Origin: Bacteroidales bacterium
GTDB lineage: Bacteria > Bacteroidota > Bacteroidia > Bacteroidales > WCHB1-69
Direction: 5' to 3'
Assembly (NCBI GenBank): GCA_024685175.1
Contig: JAIKWD010000030.1
Coordinates: 10,198 to 74,197, forward strand
DNA length: 64,000 nucleotides
Part shown: piece after piece, positions 29,008 through 37,146 of the stretch
Position numbering within the stretch: the stretch's first letter is position 1
Layout of the letters: the number at the start of each line of letters is the position of its first letter
Position numbers and translations under genes: made by a program
Notes under the pieces: generated by a model
Told to the model about the DNA's origin: nothing
The model's input: only the letters and a program-made list of their open reading frames with translations
Database searches by the model: none

Positions 29008-30036
29008 ATGGAGAATACTACCGACGAATCCCCGAAATTGGGTAAATATGATTTGATAGCCGAGTTGGCAAAGTGCTTTCCCCAGGAGAATGCCTCTACT
29101 GTGGTAGGCATTGGCGACGATGCCAGCGTTTTGGATACGGACGGCGACCAGACTGTCGTAGCCACCAAAGTCTTTGTCGAAGATATCCACTTCGACTTGA
29201 CCTATGTGCCGCTTAAACATCTGGGCTACAAAGTCGTGACCGTGGCCATTACCGACCTTCTGGGTATGAATGCCGTACCTACGCAGCTCACCCTGAACAT
29301 TGCCGTCTCCAATCGTTTCGACTTGAAAGCCGTGAACGAATTGCTAGAGGGTATTGATGCCTGTTGCGAGACCTCACACGTGGATGTGGTGGGCTTGGAC
29401 CTATCCACTTCCCGCCGTGACTTGATCATCACGGTTACGGCTATCGGAACGTGCGAGCCGTCGAGGTTGGTCACCCGCAAGGGCGCCTCCGAAAACGAAC
29501 TCATTTGCGTGTCGGGCGACTTTGCAGCCGCTTATGCTGGCCTTTTGCTCCTAGAACGTGAAAAGAAAGTGTTCGAGGCGAATCCGGAAGCCCAACCCGA
29601 CTTCACGGGTAAGGACTATCTCTTGCGCCGACAGCTGAAACCTGAACCGCGTTTGGACATCATTGAGGCCTTGCGTCGTGAGGACATCCTTCCCACGGCC
29701 ATGGCCGCCGTGCCCGACGGACTGGCCGCCGCCGTGATGCAGATATGCCGTGCCTCCGATAAGGGCTGTGCCCTGTTCGAGGAGAAACTGCCGATGACTG
29801 AACTTACCTTCACCACGCTGAAAGACCTTGATATAGTGCATACGGTGGCCGCCCTCAACGGTGGCGATGATTACGAGTTGATGTTTACCATCAAACAAGC
29901 CGACTTTGAGAAGATCAAGAACGTGGAGAACGTCTCTATCATTGGATATATTAAGGAGAAAGAGGCGGGTTATAAGATCATTACCGGCGACAATGTCAGT
30001 TTTGACATCCAGGCGCAAGGTTTTTACAAGCAATAA
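29008..30036 (+). CDS. thiL: thiamine-monophosphate kinase (AIR-synthase-related fold)
   Basis: IGDDASVLD, EDIHFDLTY, GYKVVTVAITDLLGMNA, GGDDYELMFT. Track start 28999 is a TTG; ATG 29008 is preferred. Confidence 0.8.
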   Translation: MENTTDESPKLGKYDLIAELAKCFPQENASTVVGIGDDASVLDTDGDQTVVATKVFVEDIHFDLTYVPLKHLGYKVVTVAITDLLGMNAVPTQLTLNIAVSNRFDLKAVNELLEGIDACCETSHVDVVGLDLSTSRRDLIITVTAIGTCEPSRLVTRKGASENELICVSGDFAAAYAGLLLLEREKKVFEANPEAQPDFTGKDYLLRRQLKPEPRLDIIEALRREDILPTAMAAVPDGLAAAVMQICRASDKGCALFEEKLPMTELTFTTLKDLDIVHTVAALNGGDDYELMFTIKQADFEKIKNVENVSIIGYIKEKEAGYKIITGDNVSFDIQAQGFYKQ

Positions 30037-30039
30037 GCG

Positions 30040-31383
30040 ATGAACAGCAGGCATTCGTTCCATATTGGAAATGTCGCCATCGGCGGCGACGCCCCCGTGG
30101 TAGTGCAGTCTATGACCAATACCGACACGAGCGACGTGGCGGCATCCGTGGACCAGTGCAAGCGTATGGTGTCCGAGGGAGCGCAGATGGTGCGCTTGAC
30201 GGTTCCTTCACTCAATGAGGTGGAACCGCTACGCCAGATCAAGCAACAGCTGCGCGCCGAAGGCATCGACGTCCCTTTGATTGCGGATGTCCACTTCAAC
30301 CCCAAAGTGGCCGAGGCTGTGGCCTCCATCGTTGAGAAAGTGCGTATCAACCCGGGCAACTATGTCGACAAGCGCAACTTTTCCCAATTGGATCTCTCGG
30401 ATAGTGAATATGATGCTGCCGTACAACGTATGGCACAGCGCGCAAGGCCTCTGTTCGACATTTGCAAGCAATATGGCACGGCCATTCGTTTGGGTATCAA
30501 CCACGGATCGTTGTGCGACCGTATCGTGAGCCGATATGGCAACACGCCCAATGCGATGGTCCAGTCGGCCTTGGAGTGGCTCGACATCTGCCAGACCTAT
30601 GATTTCCACAAGGTCGTTATCTCGATGAAGTCGAGCAATGTGCAGACGATGATGACAGCCACTGTCCAGTTGAAAAAAGCGATGGAGGAGCGGGGGTGCT
30701 CCTATCCGTTGCATTTGGGTGTTACGGAGGCGGGCAATGGTCTGGAAGCCCGTGTCAAGTCTGCGGCGGGCATCGGAGCCCTGCTGTTGATGAGAGTGGG
30801 GGATACCGTGCGCGTTTCCCTGACCGAACCGCCGGAGAACGAACCTCCATACGCGCAGACCATCCTTCGCGCCGTGACAATGCTTTCACCGGATAAGTGC
30901 GTCGTCCGTGACGATGTGCTCTATTATGGCGACGACGAACCTGACTTTGAGTTGTGGATGACGAAAGCCGCCGTGATGGCCGGATATGCCTACTATAACC
31001 ATCATATCAAAGACATCAAACTGGTCAATGACCATTTTCCCGAAAGACAAATCCAAGATCTGGAAGCCACCCTGTTGCAAGCGTGCCGTATCAAGATGAG
31101 TAAGACGGAGTTCATTGCTTGCCCTTCGTGCGGACGCACGCAATACGACATACAACACGTCCTGTCGTTGGTGAAAGAGCGTTTTGCCAACTATCCGGGA
31201 TTGAAAATCGGAGTGATGGGCTGCATCGTGAATGGTCCGGGCGAGATGGCCGATGCCGACTTCGGCATCGTGGGCGCCTCCCACGGCCAAGTTTGTGTCT
31301 ATAAAGGCAAGGAACGCATCACGCCATCCATAGAACTGGAAGAAGCGCTGGCGATGCTGAAGCGATTAGTCGATAAACGATAG
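30040..31383 (+). CDS. ispG: 4-hydroxy-3-methylbut-2-enyl diphosphate synthase, with an inserted domain
   Basis: VVVQSMTNTDT, PLIADVHFN, RINPGN, GINHGSL, CPSCGRT, GCIVNGPGE. Confidence 0.88.
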   Translation: MNSRHSFHIGNVAIGGDAPVVVQSMTNTDTSDVAASVDQCKRMVSEGAQMVRLTVPSLNEVEPLRQIKQQLRAEGIDVPLIADVHFNPKVAEAVASIVEKVRINPGNYVDKRNFSQLDLSDSEYDAAVQRMAQRARPLFDICKQYGTAIRLGINHGSLCDRIVSRYGNTPNAMVQSALEWLDICQTYDFHKVVISMKSSNVQTMMTATVQLKKAMEERGCSYPLHLGVTEAGNGLEARVKSAAGIGALLLMRVGDTVRVSLTEPPENEPPYAQTILRAVTMLSPDKCVVRDDVLYYGDDEPDFELWMTKAAVMAGYAYYNHHIKDIKLVNDHFPERQIQDLEATLLQACRIKMSKTEFIACPSCGRTQYDIQHVLSLVKERFANYPGLKIGVMGCIVNGPGEMADADFGIVGASHGQVCVYKGKERITPSIELEEALAMLKRLVDKR

Positions 31384-31480
31384 CAGACAGCAGTTAGCAG
31401 ACAGCAGACAGCAGACAGTCATTAGTCTTTAGATGTTAGTTCTAACTCTATCATCTATATCTTTCATCTAAATCCTACTA
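31383..31480 (+). repeat. drifting heptamer tandem array (14 units) filling the convergent spacer
   Basis: GCAGACA GCAGTTA GCAGACA GCAGACA GCAGACA GTCATTA GTCTTTA GATGTTA GTTCTAA CTCTATC ATCTATA TCTTTCA TCTAAAT CCTACTA. It runs from the ispG stop to the stop of the minus-strand gene. Confidence 0.85.
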
Positions 31481-33058
31481 CTTCAGCAGGTTCCCCAGGA
31501 TGTCGCGGGTGATTTCTCTCGTGGCGGTGCGGGTGGCGGCGCTGGTGGCGTTTTTCACCACTTTGCCTGCCACGGAGGTGTTGCTTTTTGTCTTCTTGCC
31601 GGTCACCTTGTTGCTGACGGCAGTGCCCACAAGCGTGCCGATGGTGGCCGTTACGGCCGTGATGATGGCCTTGATCACCTTGCCGAGCACGCCTTGTTTC
31701 TTCTTGCCCGTTGACTTGTCGGCCTTGGCGAGTTCGGCTTCCTCTTTTTGTTGTTGGACGAGAGCGTCCTCTTCTTCGGCTTGTTTCAGCAAAACCTCGA
31801 ATGCGCTCTCGCGGTCAACCATTGTGTCATATTTGCCTGAGATGCCGCTGCGACGGATGATGTCCAGTCGTTGCGCTTCATTGATGGCTCCGATTTGAGA
31901 CAGCGGGAATAGGATTTTGGCGCGTTGGACGATGTTCGGCGCGCCTTTCTCATCCAGAAAGCTCACTAACGCCTCGCCAGTCTCCAAGTTCATAATGGCT
32001 TCGTCGGTCTTGAACTCGGGATTGGCGCGGAAGGTGTCGGCAGCGGTCTTGACGGCACGCTGGTCCTTGGGCGTATATGCGCGAAGCGCGTGCTGGATGC
32101 GATTGCCCAATTGCCCCAAGATGATTTCCGGAATGTCCGTGGGGAGTTGGGTGACAAAGTAGATGCCCACGCCTTTGCTTCGGATGAGTCGGATGACCTG
32201 CTCGATCTTGTCGATGAGCGCCTTGGACGTGTCCTCGAAAAGCGTATGGGCCTCATCAAAGAAGAATACCAACTTGGGTAGTTCTTGGTCGCCGACCTCG
32301 GGCAGGGTGGAGTAGAGTTCGGAAATCAACCAGAGCAGGAATGTACTGTATAGCTTGGGCTGCATCATCAGCTTGTCGGCCGCCAGCACATTCATAATGC
32401 CCTTGCCACCTTCTGTCTGGAGCAGGTCGCGGATATCGAAAGCCGGTTCGCCGAAGAACTTGTCGGCACCTTGAGTCTCCATCTGCAGGATGGCGCGCTG
32501 GATGGCTCCGATGGTGGCAGTGGCAATGGTGCCGTACTTGGTGGTGTATTCCTTGGAGTGCTTGGCTACATAATCCAACATAGAGCGCAGGTCCTTGATG
32601 TCGATGAGCAACAAGCCCTTCTCGTCAGCTATGCGGAATACAATGTTGAGGACGCCGTCCTGTATCTCGTTGAGGCCAAGCAGTCTGGATAGCAACAGCG
32701 GTCCCATCTGGGAGACGGTGGCACGCATTGGGTGGCCTTGTTCGCCGTAGACGTCAAAGAACCGTACGGGGCAGGCTTGGAATTGAGGATTCTCGATTCC
32801 GAATTCGGGAAGCCGTTTCTCGATGAAACCGCTCATTGCGCCAGGCTGGCTGATACCCGATAGGTCGCCTTTCATATCGGCCATAAAACAGGGCACGCCC
32901 ACTTGCGAAAAAGTCTCCGCCAAGACTTGCAGAGATACCGTTTTACCCGTGCCCGTGGCACCGGCTATGAGTCCGTGGCGATTCGCCATCTTTCCGTTAA
33001 TGCTGAGTGCGCCTTCTGCGCAATGGGCGATATAAAGCCCGCGTTCGTTGTCGTACAT
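31478..33058 (-). CDS. HerA-like P-loop ATPase (DUF853 / YjgR type)
   Basis: Walker A GATGTGKT, FFFDEAH (Walker B), and a Lys/Thr/Ala-rich C-terminal tail. A -7 box sits 3 nt from track start 33082, so ATG 33058 (MYDNERGLY) is preferred. Confidence 0.75.
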   Translation of the reverse strand: MYDNERGLYIAHCAEGALSINGKMANRHGLIAGATGTGKTVSLQVLAETFSQVGVPCFMADMKGDLSGISQPGAMSGFIEKRLPEFGIENPQFQACPVRFFDVYGEQGHPMRATVSQMGPLLLSRLLGLNEIQDGVLNIVFRIADEKGLLLIDIKDLRSMLDYVAKHSKEYTTKYGTIATATIGAIQRAILQMETQGADKFFGEPAFDIRDLLQTEGGKGIMNVLAADKLMMQPKLYSTFLLWLISELYSTLPEVGDQELPKLVFFFDEAHTLFEDTSKALIDKIEQVIRLIRSKGVGIYFVTQLPTDIPEIILGQLGNRIQHALRAYTPKDQRAVKTAADTFRANPEFKTDEAIMNLETGEALVSFLDEKGAPNIVQRAKILFPLSQIGAINEAQRLDIIRRSGISGKYDTMVDRESAFEVLLKQAEEEDALVQQQKEEAELAKADKSTGKKKQGVLGKVIKAIITAVTATIGTLVGTAVSNKVTGKKTKSNTSVAGKVVKNATSAATRTATREITRDILGNLLK

Positions 33059-33084
33059 TTTGCTCTTTTTTAAGTTAAACATTG

Positions 33085-33092
33085 CAAAAGTA
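33085..33092 (-). promoter_or_regulatory. -7 promoter box (TACTTTTG on minus strand)
   Basis: Plus strand reads CAAAAGTA. Lies 27 nt upstream of ATG 33058. Confidence 0.5.
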
Positions 33093-33194
33093 GTATTTTT
33101 TTAATTAAAGAAGTAAAAAAACGATTCACAAATATTGAGTAGCGAATCCGTGAAATTCACAAGTTTTAGGGAGTTCCGTTTGTTATGCAAAATC

Positions 33195-33320
33195 TATTTT
33201 TGCAGTGGATTTAAGATGAATAATTCAGTGATGAAATAAAAATGAAACTCCTATAAAGCCATTTTGTTCCATATACATTTTTTGAAGTCCTGCTGTTGTT
33301 AGCAGGACTTTTTTTTTTTT
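33195..33320 (+). ncRNA. candidate small RNA (orphan promoter-to-terminator unit, about 110 nt)
   Basis: A -7 box TATTTTTG at 33195-33202 and a strong terminator at 33286-33320, with no ORF between them longer than 7 codons. It lies between a minus-strand gene start and the separate sod promoter. Confidence 0.45.
33286..33320 (+). terminator. intrinsic terminator not attached to any CDS
   Basis: AGTCCTGCT gttgtt AGCAGGACT, followed by a T12 run. Confidence 0.8.
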
Positions 33321-33367
33321 GACCAGACGGGCGATGCCATTTTGGAAATAATGAATGTGAAAATTGT

Positions 33368-33375
33368 TATCTTTG
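33368..33375 (+). promoter_or_regulatory. -7 promoter box TATCTTTG for sod
   Basis: Lies 49 nt upstream of the ATG at 33424. Confidence 0.55.
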
Positions 33376-33423
33376 CACGCATCAAAGACAATATTAATCA
33401 TTCTTAATAAACGTACAAAAAAT

Positions 33424-34011
33424 ATGGCAAAATTTGAACTTTTAGCATTACCCTACGACATCAACGCTCTGGAACCCGTTATCTCTGCCCAGACGCTTAA
33501 CTTCCACCACGGCAAGCATTTGCAGACGTATGTCAACAATCTGAATGCCGCCATCGAAGGCACTCCTTTTGCAGAGATGAGTCTGGAAGACATCACGTGC
33601 AAGGCCGAAGGCGGTATGCGCAACAATGCCGGTCAGACCTTGAACCACAATCTCTATTTCTTGCAATTTACCCAACCAGCCGCCGACCGTAAACCGATTG
33701 GTAATCTGGCCAAGGCAATAGATGCTCAATTCGGCTCTTTTGAGACCTTCAAAGAGGAATTTGTGGCCAAGGGTACATCGCTGTTTGGATCCGGTTGGGT
33801 GTGGCTTTCTCTGGATGAGAATGGAAAACTCGTCATTACGCAGGAAACCAATGCCGGCAATCCCGTGCAGAGAGGTCTGAAGCCCCTGTTGACTTTCGAT
33901 GTTTGGGAACACGCCTATTACCTGGACTATCAAAATCGCCGCGCAGAGCAATTGAAAGCCCTCTGGCAGATTATCGACTGGCAGGTGATTGAGGATCGCT
34001 TCACGAAATAA
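33424..34011 (+). CDS. Fe/Mn superoxide dismutase
   Basis: MAKFELLALPYDINALEP, FHHGKHLQTYVNNLN, GSGWVWL, DVWEHAYYLDYQNRR. Track start 33364 lies upstream of the promoter box. Confidence 0.92.
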   Translation: MAKFELLALPYDINALEPVISAQTLNFHHGKHLQTYVNNLNAAIEGTPFAEMSLEDITCKAEGGMRNNAGQTLNHNLYFLQFTQPAADRKPIGNLAKAIDAQFGSFETFKEEFVAKGTSLFGSGWVWLSLDENGKLVITQETNAGNPVQRGLKPLLTFDVWEHAYYLDYQNRRAEQLKALWQIIDWQVIEDRFTK

Positions 34012-34014
34012 TCG

Positions 34015-35859
34015 CTATTCTACGGTGACCGACTTCGCAAGATTGCGAGGTTGGTCAACGTTGCAACCGCGCATCACGGCAATGTGATAGGCAAGGAGTT
34101 GCAGCGGAACTGTGGCCAATAGTGGCGAGTAGATGGACTCGCTCTCAGGTATTTCCAGAACATAGTCCGCAATCTTGCGGACTTCTACATCGTTTTGGCT
34201 TACCACGGCTATGATTATGCCTTGGCGGGCCTTTACTTCATGTATATTGCTCAACACCTTCTCGTAGGTATGTCTATTTGTGGCAATGAAGACCACGGGC
34301 ATATTCTTGTCTATGAGGGCAATAGGGCCGTGTTTCATCTCGGCGGCGGGATAGCCCTCGGCGTGGATGTAGGATATCTCCTTGAGCTTGAGGGCCCCTT
34401 CCAGGGCGACGGGATAGTTTTGCAATCGGCCAAGATAGAGCATATTGCGCACATCCTTGAACTTCTCGGCAATGGTCTTGACGATGTCGCTGTTTTGGAG
34501 TGTCTCTTTGATTTTGTCGGGAATGTGGTTCAACTCTGTCACCAGTTCACGTCTGCGCTCTTCTGTCAGGGAGTTCTTGAGTTCGGCAAGGCGCAGGGCC
34601 AGTAGGGCCATCACGGTGACTTGTGCGGAGAAGGCCTTGGTGGAGGCGACGCCGATTTCCGGACCGGCATGGGTGTAGATGCCGGCATCGGTGGCGCGTG
34701 AGATAGAAGATCCGATGACGTTGCAGATGCCCAGAACCACGGCGCCTTTCTCTTTTGCAAGGTTGATGGCCGCCAAGGTGTCGGCGGTCTCGCCCGACTG
34801 TGACACTGCAATGACCACGTCGTGCGGGGTAATGACCGGGTCACGATAGCGGAACTCGGAGGCGTATTCCACCTTCACACGAATGCGGGCCAAGGCTTCG
34901 ATGAGATAACTGCCCACGAGACTGGCGTGCCACGAGGTGCCGCAGGCCACGAATATTATATTGTCGGCGTAAAGCAGATGCCGCTCGTAGTCGGCGATGC
35001 CGCCCAGCTTTACGATGCCTTGCTCGGGCAGGAGACGCCCGCGCATTGTGTCGCGCACGATATCGGGTTGCTCGTAGATCTCTTTCAACATAAAATGGTC
35101 GAACCCTGACTTCTCGATGGAGTCGAGGCTCATTTGCAACTTCTGCACATATGCTTCGGCCTCTACATTGTCGATGGTCTTGATATGCAACTCCTCGCCC
35201 AGCTTTACGCAGGCCACTTGCTCGTCATCCAAGTACACCACCTTTTGCGTGCGTCCTACGATAGGCGTTGCGTCTGAAGCGATATAATACTCGTTGCGGC
35301 CGATGCCGATGACCAGCGGACTGCCCTTGCGCGCGGCGATGAGTTGGTCGGGGTGCCCCTTCTCAATAACGACGATGGCATAGGCGCCTACCACCTGGTT
35401 GAGGGCGATGCGTACGGCGTCAAACAAGGTCACATTTTCCGTCTTCTGTACGTCCTCAATGAGGTTGGTCAACACCTCGGTGTCCGTCTCGGAACGGAAG
35501 GAGTATCCTCTTTTCTCCAACTCCTTGCGCAAACTCAGGTAGTTCTCAATGATGCCGTTGTGGATGAGGGCTATGTTGCCGGACTGTGAACAATGCGGGT
35601 GCGCGTTCACCTGGTTAGGCTCTCCGTGCGTGGCCCAGCGCGTGTGCGCGATGCCAATGTGTCCGCTCACGTTCCGCGGGCGGGCGTATGCCTCCAAGTC
35701 GGAAACCTTGCCCTTGGTTTTGTGTATGTTTAGTTGGTCGTCGTCCGACAACAAGGCGACACCTGCGCTGTCGTATCCACGATATTCCAACCTCTTTAAT
35801 CCTTCAATCAAAATAGGATAGGCCTCTTGATGGCCTGCATATGCGACAATTCCACACAT
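34015..35859 (-). CDS. glmS: glutamine--fructose-6-phosphate aminotransferase
   Basis: MCGIVAY (N-terminal nucleophile Cys), two SIS domains (SQSGETADT), C-terminus NLAKSVTVE. Confidence 0.95.
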   Translation of the reverse strand: MCGIVAYAGHQEAYPILIEGLKRLEYRGYDSAGVALLSDDDQLNIHKTKGKVSDLEAYARPRNVSGHIGIAHTRWATHGEPNQVNAHPHCSQSGNIALIHNGIIENYLSLRKELEKRGYSFRSETDTEVLTNLIEDVQKTENVTLFDAVRIALNQVVGAYAIVVIEKGHPDQLIAARKGSPLVIGIGRNEYYIASDATPIVGRTQKVVYLDDEQVACVKLGEELHIKTIDNVEAEAYVQKLQMSLDSIEKSGFDHFMLKEIYEQPDIVRDTMRGRLLPEQGIVKLGGIADYERHLLYADNIIFVACGTSWHASLVGSYLIEALARIRVKVEYASEFRYRDPVITPHDVVIAVSQSGETADTLAAINLAKEKGAVVLGICNVIGSSISRATDAGIYTHAGPEIGVASTKAFSAQVTVMALLALRLAELKNSLTEERRRELVTELNHIPDKIKETLQNSDIVKTIAEKFKDVRNMLYLGRLQNYPVALEGALKLKEISYIHAEGYPAAEMKHGPIALIDKNMPVVFIATNRHTYEKVLSNIHEVKARQGIIIAVVSQNDVEVRKIADYVLEIPESESIYSPLLATVPLQLLAYHIAVMRGCNVDQPRNLAKSVTVE

Positions 35860-35889
35860 TTTGCTGCGAATTTTTCAAAAACGAAGCGG

Positions 35890-35897
35890 CAAAGATA
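35890..35897 (-). promoter_or_regulatory. -7 promoter box (TATCTTTG on minus strand) for glmS
   Basis: Plus strand reads CAAAGATA. Lies 31 nt upstream of the ATG at 35859. Confidence 0.55.
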
Positions 35898-35905
35898 ATA
35901 AAAAA

Positions 35906-35996
35906 GCGGTTAGAAGTTAGAAATGAAGAATGTTATTCATAATATCTGATGACTAATCACTAATCACTATTCCCTATTCCCTAATGGTTGCCATTC
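35906..35996 (+). repeat. drifting heptamer tandem array (13 units)
   Basis: GCGGTTA GAAGTTA GAAATGA AGAATGT TATTCAT AATATCT GATGACT AATCACT AATCACT ATTCCCT ATTCCCT AATGGTT GCCATTC. Sits between the divergent glmS and peroxidase promoters. Confidence 0.8.
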
Positions 35997-36016
35997 GGTT
36001 ATGTCGGGAAAAATTA

Positions 36017-36024
36017 TACTTTTG
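36017..36024 (+). promoter_or_regulatory. -7 promoter box TACTTTTG
   Basis: Lies 38 nt upstream of the ATG at 36062. Confidence 0.55.
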
Positions 36025-36061
36025 CATAGTTTTAATTGAAACCTTAACCAAATAAAGAAAA

Positions 36062-36541
36062 ATGGCTACAATATTTGATTTCAAGGCTCTTACGAGCAAT
36101 GGCAAGGAGCTGGATTTTGCGCAATTCCAGGGCAAAGTGCTCCTGATTGTCAACACGGCCAGCAAGTGCGGTTTCACGCCGCAATTCAAAGGCCTTGAGG
36201 AATTGAACCAGAAATATAAAGATCAAGGTTTGGTGGTCATCGGCTTCCCGTGCAACCAGTTTGCCAGTCAAGACCCGGGCTCCGACGATGAGATCTCCAG
36301 CTTCTGTCAGGTCAACTATGGCGTATCCTTTCAGATTATGCAGAAAATAGACGTCAACGGCAAAAATGCCCACCCCATCTTCCAATATCTGAGAAGCAAG
36401 GCAGGTGGTTTTCTCAGCAATCGCATCAAGTGGAATTTCACCAAGTTCCTCATCTCGCGCGATGGTAGTGTTGTCAAGCGTTATGCGCCGACGGTGGAAC
36501 CTGCCAAATTGGAGTCTGACATCAAAAGTATGCTTTCGTAA
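36062..36541 (+). CDS. glutathione peroxidase (Cys type)
   Basis: LIVNTASKCGFTPQ, GFPCNQF, KWNFTKFLI. Confidence 0.9.
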   Translation: MATIFDFKALTSNGKELDFAQFQGKVLLIVNTASKCGFTPQFKGLEELNQKYKDQGLVVIGFPCNQFASQDPGSDDEISSFCQVNYGVSFQIMQKIDVNGKNAHPIFQYLRSKAGGFLSNRIKWNFTKFLISRDGSVVKRYAPTVEPAKLESDIKSMLS

Positions 36542-37122
36542 TGACAAAAGTGAAGACGACAGTAGGCAAGCGTTGGGCAAAGTTCTGCGGTTTCTTGTTG
36601 CGTAAACTGGGTTGGAAGAGCGTGGGAGGACCTATGGAAGGCGAAAAGGCCATCGTCTTGGGTGTACCGCATACTTCCATCTTGGATTTTCCCATCTGCT
36701 ATCTCTTTTACGCGCAGTTTGGTCTACTGGCCCACATAATGGTGAAAAAGGAGTTTTTTTTCTGGCCGTTGGGACCGATTCTTCGCGCCTTCGGCGGTGT
36801 GCCCGTTGATCGCAGTAACGCAACCGCCTCCATTCGAAGCATCATCAAGACCTTCAACGAGAATGAAATCTTCCACTTGGCCATAGCCCCCGAAGGAACT
36901 CGCAAACCCGTCAAGAAATGGAAGACGGGTTTCCACCTCATTGCCCGAGAGACCGGCGCCACTGTATATGTCGGATATTATGACTGGGGACATAAAGAAA
37001 TTACCGTGGGCCGCAAGTGGGAACTGACCGATAACGCCAACGCAGACATCCAACGTATCCAACAATATTATTCAACCCTTGATTTGCAAGGAAGACATAA
37101 GGAGAATTACATCACGGGGTGA
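36541..37122 (+). CDS. lysophospholipid / 1-acyl-glycerol-3-phosphate acyltransferase family protein
   Basis: HX4D box (PHTSILD) and APEGTR box. Start overlaps the previous stop (TAATG). Confidence 0.75.
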   Translation: MTKVKTTVGKRWAKFCGFLLRKLGWKSVGGPMEGEKAIVLGVPHTSILDFPICYLFYAQFGLLAHIMVKKEFFFWPLGPILRAFGGVPVDRSNATASIRSIIKTFNENEIFHLAIAPEGTRKPVKKWKTGFHLIARETGATVYVGYYDWGHKEITVGRKWELTDNANADIQRIQQYYSTLDLQGRHKENYITG

Positions 37123-37146
37123 TTTTGTTAATCATTGAATGAATAA

